Assembly (NCBI GenBank): GCA_039933715.1
Contig: JBDTNO010000001.1
Span: forward strand, 1-59,818
DNA length: 59,818 nucleotides
Reading direction: 5' to 3'
From: Betaproteobacteria bacterium
GTDB lineage: Bacteria > Pseudomonadota > Gammaproteobacteria > Burkholderiales > Casimicrobiaceae
Within the stretch, counting starts at the first letter, position 1. Every line of letters begins with the position of its first letter. The notes under the pieces were generated by a model that did not search any database, was not told the DNA's origin, and saw nothing but the letters and a program-made list of their open reading frames with translations. The position numbers and the translations under genes were made by a program. Below are positions 8,692 through 17,699 of the stretch, in pieces.

Positions 8692-9702
8692 CTACTCGGC
8701 GTTCAGCCGCGCGACGACGGTCTCGCCCGGGCCCGCTCCCGGCAGCGCCATCCGCGGCGCGGGAATCCGGCGTGCGGTGTTCAACGCTACGGCGATCGTT
8801 GCGGCGTCGCGAAACGCGAGTTCCGCGCTCGCGGAGATCGGCACCGATCCCGAGATCGTCGACGTGGCGTTGGCGAGCCGCGGCGCGGCGAGCGAAGCCG
8901 TCCCGGCGCCCCCACGCGACACGCTCCGATCGTCTTGCTGCACGGCTGGCGCGCGCGACCGCGGCGCCGATTGCGGAACATACGAGTTCGGCGACGGGGC
9001 CGCGCCGTCATTCGGCAGCACCTTCAGCCATTGCTGATTGCACTCGGTGACCTGCGGGTAGAACGCGTTGGTCGCCGGGCAGTAGAGCCGAACCGCGGGT
9101 CCCTGCGGAGCGGGCGCGGCCGAGGGTTCCTGGCGCTGGATCACGGTGCCGACCGGGGCGCCGTAGTCCGCTCCGGCCGGAGCGCCGTAGTAATAGGTCG
9201 GGTACGGCTCGACGTACGTGGTCGTCGCGCCGTAGTACGGCCAGGTCGACGCCAGCGCGACCGAAGCGCCGAACGCCGGCCACCACCAGCCGCCCCAGTA
9301 CGGGTACCAGCCGGCGTAGCCCCAGTACCGGCCGCCGTGCCAGTTGCCGTGGTTGCCGTTCCAGTGGCCGTGGTTTCCGTTCCCGTTCCAATTGCCGTGG
9401 TTGCCGTTCACGTTGTCGCGGTTGCCGTTCCAGCTTCCCTGGCCGCCGCCGCGCGACGCGAAGCTCGCGCTCGGGGCACTCATCGAGCCGCCGCCGCCGC
9501 CCCGGCCGACCGACGCTCCGCCCCCGAAGCCGCCGCCACTGCGGCCGGCCGACGCTCCGCCCCCGAAGCTGCCGCCGCTCGCGCTGCGGCCGCCGCCACC
9601 GCCGCCACCTCCCATGTAGGCGCCGCCGCCGGCTTCCGCGACGGCAGCCACCGCCAGCAGGACCGCCGCGGCGAGGGGAGTGAGCTTGTGGAGATTGGGC
9701 AT
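8692..9702 (-). CDS. Secreted Gly-rich low-complexity protein with NGNHGNW repeats
   Basis: GGAGG RBS, signal peptide, Gly tracts, G/N/H/W repeats, Trp/Tyr-rich segment, LYC..FYPQV.EC..WL.V motif. Confidence 0.8.
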   Translation of the reverse strand: MPNLHKLTPLAAAVLLAVAAVAEAGGGAYMGGGGGGGGRSASGGSFGGGASAGRSGGGFGGGASVGRGGGGGSMSAPSASFASRGGGQGSWNGNRDNVNGNHGNWNGNGNHGHWNGNHGNWHGGRYWGYAGWYPYWGGWWWPAFGASVALASTWPYYGATTTYVEPYPTYYYGAPAGADYGAPVGTVIQRQEPSAAPAPQGPAVRLYCPATNAFYPQVTECNQQWLKVLPNDGAAPSPNSYVPQSAPRSRAPAVQQDDRSVSRGGAGTASLAAPRLANATSTISGSVPISASAELAFRDAATIAVALNTARRIPAPRMALPGAGPGETVVARLNAE

Positions 9703-9945
9703 GGTGACCTCCGATGTTGGCGTAGGGCCGTGGTGCTGCGGTGCAGTGTGCCGGTGGCGGACAGTGCCATGATGCGCCTGAGTCGCATCGATGGAAACGC
9801 GTGCCGAATAAGACTGGTTGACGCTGTAACAAGTTCGCCGCGTCCGGACCTCCGACGGGTCATACCGCCCTTGTAGGCGCAGACCGAAACAGGCACAGGA
9901 TAACGGACCGGCTTACCAGCGGCTGCGGAAAAAGGTGTAACGGGC

Positions 9946-10155
9946 GTGCGACCGTTCGCAGCGGGACTGATCGTCGGCGCGATTGGGTTCGTCGTCGGCG
10001 CCGACTGGCTCCGGACCTTGGGAATTGCATTGGTCGTGATGGGCGTGGTGGCCAATGCCGCGCTTCGTACGGCGACACGGCGGGGTACTCCCGCACGGAA
10101 GCCAAGCGCGATCCCGGCTCGCAAGGCCCCTCGCAGCAACGAGCCCGTTCCGTAA
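9946..10155 (+). CDS. Possible small two-TM membrane protein
   Basis: GTG start after AAAGGT, two hydrophobic segments and a basic tail; no homology recognised. Confidence 0.35.
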   Translation: MRPFAAGLIVGAIGFVVGADWLRTLGIALVVMGVVANAALRTATRRGTPARKPSAIPARKAPRSNEPVP

Positions 10156-10243
10156 GGCCTTTGCGCTGACCGCTCGTCAGCGTCCGCGCCGTTACGTTGA
10201 CCCATCCCAGGCGCGACCATCGTTGGCGGCGCGTGTGCAAGCG

Positions 10244-12574
10244 CTAAGCCGGCGTGGCCGCGGTGGCGTTCGTCACGAGTCGTTGAATTGCCGCGCGCAA
10301 CGAAACGCTGTCGCGATCCGTGTCGAACAAGTGTCGCAGCGCCCTGCGCGACTGCCGCGACAGCGCAGGCTGGTATCGCGACTCGTCCCAGATGGCGATG
10401 GCCTCGAGGAACGCGTTGACGACGATCGCCTCGCTCGCGCCCGTCGCGCAAAGGGCGCGGAGCTCGGCGAGCAATTCCATATCCATGCCGAGTCGGGCGA
10501 GATCGGCGAGCGTCGAAGGCTGCGACGACTCGCCGGCACTCGCCAGCGCCGCCGTGAAGCGCGCGATCGTGGCGGAGACTCCGAGCTTGTTGAACGGCGT
10601 GCCCGCACGCTCCCCGTAGCTAGGCTGCGGGAGAGCATTGGAATGCTGCGGGGCTTCGTTCGCGAAGCGGCCTTCGTCGTCGATACCGCGCCCGAAATCC
10701 GGCATCTGCAGCGCATGTGGATCCGCGGAAAATCGTGAATGGCGTGGCATGGAGAGGCAACGAACAACGCCTTCCTCCCGCACCGACCCCACCCCATGCC
10801 ACCCCGCTGCATGCATCTGCGCAACCTGCGCCAGTTGCGGAAGATCCACGGCCTTCTCGCCTTCCGCCCGCTCGTGCACGACCAGCAGATTGGTGCGCGA
10901 CGTGAGCAGACCGTACTCGAGCGCGAGCCTCAGTTGCTCGGCTTCGCTCGCCGTCTCGATGCGCCGAGCCGCGGCCATGCGAGCGAGCGTCCGATCCTCG
11001 ACGATCGACGCGCCGAGCTGCGCCGCCGAGGACAGCGGCGCGGCACCCGACTTCGGGTGCAGTTTCAGTACGGTGGCGCCCATCGGAGCGGCGTCGAATC
11101 CCGCGAACGCGTGGATCGTCTCGCCGCCGAACAGGCCCGACGGCAGCGGCACCGTCCATGCGGGCGGCAACGGCCACGCGATTTCCGCGCGCTCGACCCG
11201 CGGCGCGCGCAGGCGCGCGAACATGCGCAGGATCGCTCCTCCCGCATCCTCGTTCGGCGCCACGAACTCGCACGCGCCCCCGGTCGCGTCGGCGAGCCGG
11301 CGCAGCACGCCTTCAGCCGGTGCGCTGCCGATACCCACGACGAACACGCGTTGGCGCGCCTTGCGTGCATCGGCGATGAGCTCGTCGGCGTTCCAGACCT
11401 CGCCGTCCGTCAGCAACAGCACGTCTGCGGCCGACGTCTCGGCATCGTAGACGTCGACCGGGCGGCGCGCATCCTGCGCATCCACGCGGGTCATCGCCGT
11501 GCCGGTCGAGAGCGCGCCGTTGAGCGTGAAAACCGCGCGCAAGGCCTGGGCCATCTCGGTTCCGCCGAGGTCCGCGCCCATCTTCCCGATCGTCAGCGCA
11601 GCCCGGCGGACATTGTCATCGCTGCCCGGGACCAGGCCGGACGTCACCTGCACTACGTTGTCTCCGAACCGCGTCAGCGAGAAGCGGTCGCCTCCGGCAA
11701 GACCCGTGAGGATCCTGTGCAGTGCCCGGCGGGCGGCATCGATGCTGTCGCCGCTCATCGAACCCGAGCAATCGACCAGGAGCTTGAGCGTCAGCGGAAG
11801 CGTTGCCGTATCGCGGGGAACGTCCGCGCAGAAGCTCGCGAGCGCGACGTGGCGATCGCCGTCGCGGGCAACGGTGGCGAGCGACTGCCCAGAGAATCCG
11901 CCGATCGTCAGCACGAAGTCGCGGTCGAGGAATCCGCCGCGCGCGAGTCCGACGCGCATGCCGGTCGCGGTCGCGACGATCGAAAGCGCATGGCTGGGCG
12001 ATGCAAGCGTGCCGCGCGCGATTTCGCCTTCGAGGTCGAGCGTCAGCGCGAACCGATACGCGACGCCGAGTTCGTGCGTCGGCACCTGGTGCGCGGCGAG
12101 TCCGGCGTCCCGCGGATCGCCGTAGCGCGGCGCGATGACGGTCGGGATCGCCAGGCGCACGCTGCCGTGCTCGAAGCGCAGTAGTTGCGCATAACGGGTG
12201 CGGATCGTCGCGGGCTCGCCGGCCATCAGGTTGCCGAGGTTGAGCGTGCACAGGCCGTCGCCCGCGCGCTCCAGCATGATCGCGGTGTCGCCCTTGTCGA
12301 TCGCGGTCTCGTAATCGCGTTCGGCTTCTTTCTTCTCGACGACGAGGCCGGCGAGCTTGCGGCCGCCGATCTCGATCTCGAGGTCGAGCAGCACCGCATC
12401 GCTCGGCAGCGGGAACGTGTAGACCGCCTCGACGTTGGCGTCGTGCGGGTTGCGGTAGCGCTGCTCGACCGTCAGCTCGAACAGCAGGCCGCGCACGCGG
12501 CCGGTCGCGCCGACGCCTTCGAGCGCCATCGCGAGGCCGGTGCTGGATTTCAGGATTGCGGGCTCGTCTCTCAT
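10244..12574 (-). CDS. VIT and vWA domain protein
   Basis: VIT motifs VEQRY.N, EAVYTFPLP, NLGNL; vWA MIDAS DCSGSM, GGTEM, LLTDG; ATGA overlap with upstream HTH gene. Confidence 0.9.
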   Translation of the reverse strand: MRDEPAILKSSTGLAMALEGVGATGRVRGLLFELTVEQRYRNPHDANVEAVYTFPLPSDAVLLDLEIEIGGRKLAGLVVEKKEAERDYETAIDKGDTAIMLERAGDGLCTLNLGNLMAGEPATIRTRYAQLLRFEHGSVRLAIPTVIAPRYGDPRDAGLAAHQVPTHELGVAYRFALTLDLEGEIARGTLASPSHALSIVATATGMRVGLARGGFLDRDFVLTIGGFSGQSLATVARDGDRHVALASFCADVPRDTATLPLTLKLLVDCSGSMSGDSIDAARRALHRILTGLAGGDRFSLTRFGDNVVQVTSGLVPGSDDNVRRAALTIGKMGADLGGTEMAQALRAVFTLNGALSTGTAMTRVDAQDARRPVDVYDAETSAADVLLLTDGEVWNADELIADARKARQRVFVVGIGSAPAEGVLRRLADATGGACEFVAPNEDAGGAILRMFARLRAPRVERAEIAWPLPPAWTVPLPSGLFGGETIHAFAGFDAAPMGATVLKLHPKSGAAPLSSAAQLGASIVEDRTLARMAAARRIETASEAEQLRLALEYGLLTSRTNLLVVHERAEGEKAVDLPQLAQVAQMHAAGWHGVGSVREEGVVRCLSMPRHSRFSADPHALQMPDFGRGIDDEGRFANEAPQHSNALPQPSYGERAGTPFNKLGVSATIARFTAALASAGESSQPSTLADLARLGMDMELLAELRALCATGASEAIVVNAFLEAIAIWDESRYQPALSRQSRRALRHLFDTDRDSVSLRAAIQRLVTNATAATPA

Positions 12575-13002
12575 GACTGGGCTCCTTTGTTCTTGATGTT
12601 CGCGTAGAGCGCGATCACGCCGTTGAACAACGCGCGCGTCTCCTCGGGCGAAAGACCGGCGCGCGTCGGGTCGAGCGACAGCTCGATTCCCTCGGCGATC
12701 GTCACGTGGCTCTTCACCTCGACCGTCCCCGGGGCGCTCGCGCGGTGCGGGACTTCCGGCACTTCACCGGCGAGCAGTTCGCGAATGCGCTCGAGCGAGA
12801 GCCCCGCGTCGGTCCACTTGCGGATCAACTGAAGTTGAGCCGCGTGCCGCATGCCGTAACGCGCCGCCCGCGTCTCGCCGTCGGGACGGTCGACCAACCC
12901 GAGCTGGATGTAGTAGCGGACCGTCCGTTTGGGAAGGTCGACCAGCGACGCGAGCGCTTCAAGAGTCCAACTCATTGTTTCTACATTTGATTCATCGTGC
13001 AT
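12571..13002 (-). CDS. MerR-like helix-turn-helix protein
   Basis: RTVRYYIQLGLVDRP, RYG..H, GLSLERIRELL. Confidence 0.85.
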   Translation of the reverse strand: MHDESNVETMSWTLEALASLVDLPKRTVRYYIQLGLVDRPDGETRAARYGMRHAAQLQLIRKWTDAGLSLERIRELLAGEVPEVPHRASAPGTVEVKSHVTIAEGIELSLDPTRAGLSPEETRALFNGVIALYANIKNKGAQS

Positions 13003-13008
13003 TCCAAT

Positions 13009-13036
13009 ATTATGACAGTAAAACTGTCTAAGTCAA
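13009..13036 (-). promoter_or_regulatory. Sigma70-type promoter with internal palindrome (putative operator)
   Basis: TTGACT-N16-CATAAT; GACAGT-AAA-ACTGTC palindrome at 13014-13028; ATG 6 nt after the -10. Confidence 0.7.
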
Positions 13037-13116
13037 GTGACGCTTATCGGCTGCCATCCGAAGGGTGGCGATTGCGCGTGACAGAATCGCCGGATCGACA
13101 CCCTGCGCGAGACGCC

Positions 13117-13392
13117 ATGAAACGCACCGCCCTCGAAAAGGTAGAAGCGATGAAGACGGTCGGCGCCATGAAGCGCGAGCCGACCTCGGGCCGCTACGGC
13201 GCCGACGCGGGCGCGCCCGCCGGCAAACGCGAGCAGCGCGACAAGGACAAGGCGGCGGGCCTCGTGCCGTTCGCCGTCAAGCTGCCGCAGGAGCTGGTCG
13301 CGTCGCTTCAGGCGCTCGCGCAGCAGAAGTCGGCGACGTTGGGCGACCTCGTCGCGGAGCTGCTGCACAAGGCGATGAAGGCGAAGAAGTAG
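13117..13392 (+). CDS. Small conserved-type hypothetical protein with ribbon-helix-helix-like C-terminus
   Basis: Strong GC codon bias; GLVPFAVKLP.ELV..L strand-helix-helix pattern. Confidence 0.72.
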   Translation: MKRTALEKVEAMKTVGAMKREPTSGRYGADAGAPAGKREQRDKDKAAGLVPFAVKLPQELVASLQALAQQKSATLGDLVAELLHKAMKAKK

Positions 13393-13552
13393 CGCGCCGC
13401 ACGGGCGTCATCCGGTGTCGGGCACCAGGTCCGTCACCGTGTCCGCAGCGGTCACGGATTCCGGGGCCGCTCCGCTCCGCGCGCGCCGCCGCCGAACCCC
13501 GTCGCGATCGCCGGGTCTACTATCCGGTCATCACTTGGGAATGGAGACTGCC

Positions 13553-14461
13553 ATGACCAACGGAAGCCCGTCGGACCTGTCGTACTCCGAGCCGGATCTC
13601 CGCACCGACCCCGACGATCGCCTCGATCCGCGCCACGAGCGCTCGTCGTCCGCCGGAAAGCTCCTGTTGCTTCTCGGTATCCTGCTGCTCGTCGGGGGTG
13701 GCGCCTGGTACCTCTGGTCGAACTTCTACGCGGCCAGGCCCGCGCCGGTCGCCGACGCGACAGCGCCCGCGCCACCGCCGGCCGCGGCGCCGCAGGAGCC
13801 CGCGGTCCAGCATCCGATCGAGACGAGCGCGCCCGCCGAGCCGCTGCCGGTGCTGGCGGAGAGCGACAAGGCGATCGCGGCGGCGCTTGCGTCAGCGATC
13901 GACAGCGACGCGATGGCGCGCTTTCTCGTCAACCAGGACTTCGTGCGGCGGTTCGTCGCGACCGTCGACAACCTGCCGCGCAAGACCTACGCGCAGCGCC
14001 TGTCGCCGTTCAAGCCCGCGCCCGGGGCGTTCGACGTGAGCCGCAGCGGCGATCAGCTCCGCATCTCGCCGCAGAACACCGAGCGGTATGCGCTGGCGGT
14101 GCGCATGCTCGAAGCGGTCAACACGCAGAAGCTCGTCGCGACCTACGTACGCTACTACCCGCTGTTCCAGGAAGCGTACCGGGAGCAGGGCTATCCCAAA
14201 GCGTATTTCAACGACCGTCTCGTCGAGGCGCTGGACGTGATGATCGCGACGCGCGAGTCGCCCGGGCAGCTCGCGCTCGCGCAGCCCAAAGTGCTCTACG
14301 AATACGCGGACCCGGCGCTCGAGTCGCTGCCTGCGGGGCAGAAGATCATGCTGCGGCTGGGGCCCGAGAACGCTGCGCGCGCGAAGGTGAAGCTGCGCGA
14401 GATCCGCGCGCTCGTCGCGAAGGAAGGCGGCGCGGCGAAGGCGGCGACCCGCGCGCCCTGA
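13553..14461 (+). CDS. DUF3014-like membrane-anchored protein
   Basis: GGAGA RBS, single TM, Pro-rich linker, RRFVATVDN, YPLFQEAY, FNDRL, YADPALESL, GQKIMLRLGPEN. Confidence 0.82.
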   Translation: MTNGSPSDLSYSEPDLRTDPDDRLDPRHERSSSAGKLLLLLGILLLVGGGAWYLWSNFYAARPAPVADATAPAPPPAAAPQEPAVQHPIETSAPAEPLPVLAESDKAIAAALASAIDSDAMARFLVNQDFVRRFVATVDNLPRKTYAQRLSPFKPAPGAFDVSRSGDQLRISPQNTERYALAVRMLEAVNTQKLVATYVRYYPLFQEAYREQGYPKAYFNDRLVEALDVMIATRESPGQLALAQPKVLYEYADPALESLPAGQKIMLRLGPENAARAKVKLREIRALVAKEGGAAKAATRAP

Positions 14462-14695
14462 AAGCGCGATCATCCGATCGGCTGAGCGCGGCCGGCGCCT
14501 CGTCCGCGCGATAGTCGGGGCATGGCACGACGCCGCTGCAAGCGTGTTCACCCTGCCACGGGACGAAGCGCGCGCGCGCGCCGGATGAATTCCGCGCGCG
14601 CGCCGGCGCGGCGGTTCGCGCTGCCGAAGGCCGAGCACGACGCCCCGGCGGCGGCCGTCGTGTTGGCCGCCTGCCGTGCCGATCCGCTTCGGGCG

Positions 14696-14932
14696 ATGCT
14701 GAAGCTCAGCGCGCGCGGCACTCTCAACATTCCCGTCTGCATCCGACGCGCGCTGGCGATCGAGGAGGGCGGTGCGCTGGTCGCGGAAGCGACGCCCGAC
14801 GGCCTGCTGTTGCGGCCTGCGTGGACTTCGATGATCGATGGCGTCGGCCCCGGCGCTGCCGGGAGCGCGCCGGTGCTGCCCGATTTTCCATCGCTGTTCG
14901 AAAGGCGCAGGCGGCGGCGGATGACGCAGTGA
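14696..14932 (+). CDS. AbrB/MazE/SpoVT-like DNA-binding protein (start uncertain; frame open from 14522)
   Basis: KLSARGTLNIPVCIRRALAIEEG..L......GLLLRP matches the swapped-hairpin consensus. Confidence 0.6.
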   Translation: MLKLSARGTLNIPVCIRRALAIEEGGALVAEATPDGLLLRPAWTSMIDGVGPGAAGSAPVLPDFPSLFERRRRRRMTQ

Positions 14933-14981
14933 GGAGGCCGGGTGATGAGCGGCGATGGGCGATCGGCGCCTGCGCGCCGAT

Positions 14982-14999
14982 GTCGGGCTGAAGCCCGAC
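14982..14999. repeat. REP-like palindrome GTCGGGCTGAAGCCCGAC
   Basis: Exact reverse complement of the copy at 2670. Confidence 0.7.
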
Positions 15000-15068
15000 C
15001 CGGGAACGCACGCATTTTCCATCGCCGACCACCGACCCCCGACCACCTGATACGGTACAATCCGCCCC

Positions 15069-15137
15069 CTCCGAGGAGCGCTGCGATCGGACCCATGCGT
15101 CCGCCCAGGCTCGGAGCCTTTCTTCGAACGGCGCTCG
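15069..15137 (+). ncRNA. SAH riboswitch
   Basis: CCGAGGAGCGCTGCGA...CCAGGCTCGG...AACGGCGCTC consensus, pseudoknot pairing GAGCGC/GCGCTC, upstream of ahcY; TACAAT -10 at 15056-15061. Confidence 0.9.
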
Positions 15138-15213
15138 TTGACCCGCGGTCTCGCGGGACGACGGGCGCACCCCTACCCCCGTCGTTCCGCCGGATCGCCC
15201 GTAACGAGGAGCG

Positions 15214-16647
15214 ATGCCCATGAACGCACCCCACGATTGCGCCGTGAAGGATTTTCACGTCGCCGATCTCGCGCTGGCCGATTGGGGCCGCAAGGAGATG
15301 CTGATCGCCGAGACCGAGATGCCCGGCCTGATGGCGATCCGCGACGAGTTCGCGCCCGAGCAGCCTCTGCGCGGCGCCCGCATCGCGGGCTCGCTGCACA
15401 TGACGATCCAGACCGCCGTGCTGATCGAGACGCTGCAGGCGCTCGGCGCCGACGTGCGCTGGGCGTCGTGCAACATCTACTCGACGCAGGACCACGCGGC
15501 CGCCGCGGTCGCCGCGCGGGGCACGCCGGTGTTCGCCGTCAAGGGCGAGACGCTGGAAGAATACTGGGCGTACACGCATCGCATCTTCGAATGGTCGGAC
15601 GGCGGCGTCGCGAACATGATCCTCGACGACGGCGGCGACGCGACGCTGCTCGTGCACCTCGGCACGCAGGCCGAGACCGATCCGTCGTGCATCTCGCACG
15701 CGACGAACGACGAGGAGCGCGCGCTCTACGCGTCGATCCGGGCGAAGCTCGAGGCCGACCCGACGTTCTACTCGCGCTGCAAGGCGTCGATCAAGGGCGT
15801 CACCGAGGAGACGACGACCGGCGTCAAGCGCCTCTACCAGATGGCGAAGGAGAAGCGGCTCGGCTTCCCGGCGATCAACGTCAACGACTCGGTCACCAAG
15901 TCGAAGTTCGACAACCTGTACGGCTGCCGCGAGTCGCTGGTCGACGGCATCAAGCGCGCGACCGACGTGATGATCGCCGGCAAGGTCGCGCTGGTCGCCG
16001 GCTACGGCGACGTCGGCAAGGGCTGCGCGCAGGCGCTGCGCGCGCTGTCGGCGCAGGTGTGGATCACCGAGATCGACCCGATCTGCGCGCTGCAGGCGGC
16101 GATGGAAGGCTACCGCGTCGTCACGATGGACGACGCGTGCGACAAGGCCGACCTCTTCGTCACCGCAACCGGCAACATCGACGTGATCACGCTCGCCCAC
16201 ATGAAGCGCATGAAGAACAACGCGATCGTGTGCAACATCGGCCATTTCGACAACGAGATCGACGTCGCCGGCCTCAAGACCTGCACGTGGGAAAACATCA
16301 AGCCGCAGGTCGACCACATCGTCTTCGCCGACGGCAAGCGGATCATCCTGCTCGCCGAAGGGCGCCTCGTGAACCTCGGGTGCGGGACCGGCCATCCGTC
16401 GTACGTGATGTCGAGCTCGTTCGCGAACCAGGTGATGGCGCAGATCGAGCTGTGGACGGCTGCGCGAGACAGGAGCGACCGGTATCCGATCGGCGTCTAC
16501 GTGCTGCCCAAGCACCTGGACGAGAAGGTCGCGCGTCTCCAGCTATCGAAGCTGGGCGCGACGCTCACCGAGCTCAACGACCGGCAGGCGCGCTACATCG
16601 GCGTCGAGCGGGACGGCCCGTTCAAGACCGACAACTACCGGTATTGA
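15214..16647 (+). CDS. ahcY: Adenosylhomocysteinase
   Basis: [49 protein letters not shown]; start 15214 or 15220. Confidence 0.98.
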   Translation: MPMNAPHDCAVKDFHVADLALADWGRKEMLIAETEMPGLMAIRDEFAPEQPLRGARIAGSLHMTIQTAVLIETLQALGADVRWASCNIYSTQDHAAAAVAARGTPVFAVKGETLEEYWAYTHRIFEWSDGGVANMILDDGGDATLLVHLGTQAETDPSCISHATNDEERALYASIRAKLEADPTFYSRCKASIKGVTEETTTGVKRLYQMAKEKRLGFPAINVNDSVTKSKFDNLYGCRESLVDGIKRATDVMIAGKVALVAGYGDVGKGCAQALRALSAQVWITEIDPICALQAAMEGYRVVTMDDACDKADLFVTATGNIDVITLAHMKRMKNNAIVCNIGHFDNEIDVAGLKTCTWENIKPQVDHIVFADGKRIILLAEGRLVNLGCGTGHPSYVMSSSFANQVMAQIELWTAARDRSDRYPIGVYVLPKHLDEKVARLQLSKLGATLTELNDRQARYIGVERDGPFKTDNYRY

Positions 16648-16704
16648 GGGTTGCGAAGCGGCCGACCACGGCAGGAACGTCGGGCTGAAGACCTGCGCGC
16701 GGAA

Positions 16705-16744
16705 CTCCCTCTCCCAGCCGCCCGGGGAGTAGGCCGGAGTGAGG
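16705..16744. repeat. Degenerate CCCTCTCCC...GGGAG..GG..GTGAGG intergenic repeat
   Basis: Resembles a common proteobacterial REP-like hairpin; next to a degenerate GTCGGGCTGAAG copy at 16679. Confidence 0.4.
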
Positions 16745-16775
16745 AACGCGGCGCCACCGCCATGAGGAGTCCACG

Positions 16776-17699
16776 ATGCGCATCGCAGTGATCGGCACCG
16801 GCGGGGTCGGGGGATTCTATGGCGCGAAGCTGGCCGCCGCCGGTCACGACGTCACGTTCGTGGCGCGCGGCGCCCATCTCGACGCGATCCGCCGCGACGG
16901 ATTGCGCGTCGAGCACGAGATCGCGCCTCTTCACGTCCCGAACGCCGGCGCAGTCGAGGACCCGGCTACGATCGGTCCCGTCGACATCGTCCTCTGCTGC
17001 GTGAAGCTCTGGGACGTCGAGGCGATGGCGCCGCACCTGGCGCCCCTGGTCGCCGGCGGCGGCATCGTGATCCCGCTGCAGAACGGCATCGACGCGCCCG
17101 AAATGCTCAAGCGCGCGCTGGGACGCGACCACGTGGCCGGCGGGATCGCCTACGTCGCGGCGCGGATCGCGTCGCCCGGCGTCGTCAAGGTGCTGGGGTC
17201 GCTCGGACGCATGCGGGTCGGCTCGTTCTTCGGGATCGGAGAGCATCGCGTGAACGCGTTCGCCGACGCGGCCCGGGCTGCGGGACTGGAAGTCGACGTG
17301 GCCGGCGACATCCGCCGCGCGTTGTGGGAGAAGTTCGCGATGTTCAGCGCGTTGTCCGGCTGCACGGCGCTCGCGCGCCAGCCGATCGGCGTGATCCGTA
17401 CCGATCCCGACCTCCGTGCGATGTTCGAGGACGCGGTCCGCGAGACGGTGAGCGTCGGTCGGGCCGCGGGCGTGGAGTTCGCCGACGATTACGTCGCGAA
17501 GCAGCTCGCGTTCGCCGACGGCCTCCCGCCGGGCATGAAGGCGTCGATGGCGAACGACCTCGACGCCGGGCACCGCCTCGAATTACCATGGCTGTCGGGC
17601 GCGGTCGTGCGGCTTGGCCGCGAGCACGGCGTGCCCACACCGGTGCACGCGACGATCCACGCCGCGCTGAAGCCCTACGTCGACGGTACGCCGCGCTGA
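16776..17699 (+). CDS. panE: Ketopantoate reductase (PanE/ApbA) family protein
   Basis: GTGGVGG, LQNG, LWEKF, ASMANDL, LELPWLSGAV; AGGAG RBS. Confidence 0.88.
   Translation: MRIAVIGTGGVGGFYGAKLAAAGHDVTFVARGAHLDAIRRDGLRVEHEIAPLHVPNAGAVEDPATIGPVDIVLCCVKLWDVEAMAPHLAPLVAGGGIVIPLQNGIDAPEMLKRALGRDHVAGGIAYVAARIASPGVVKVLGSLGRMRVGSFFGIGEHRVNAFADAARAAGLEVDVAGDIRRALWEKFAMFSALSGCTALARQPIGVIRTDPDLRAMFEDAVRETVSVGRAAGVEFADDYVAKQLAFADGLPPGMKASMANDLDAGHRLELPWLSGAVVRLGREHGVPTPVHATIHAALKPYVDGTPR

Noticed and set aside
3621-15000. Prophage or integrative element at tRNA-Met
   Set aside because: No integrase, phage structural gene or att duplication detected by eye
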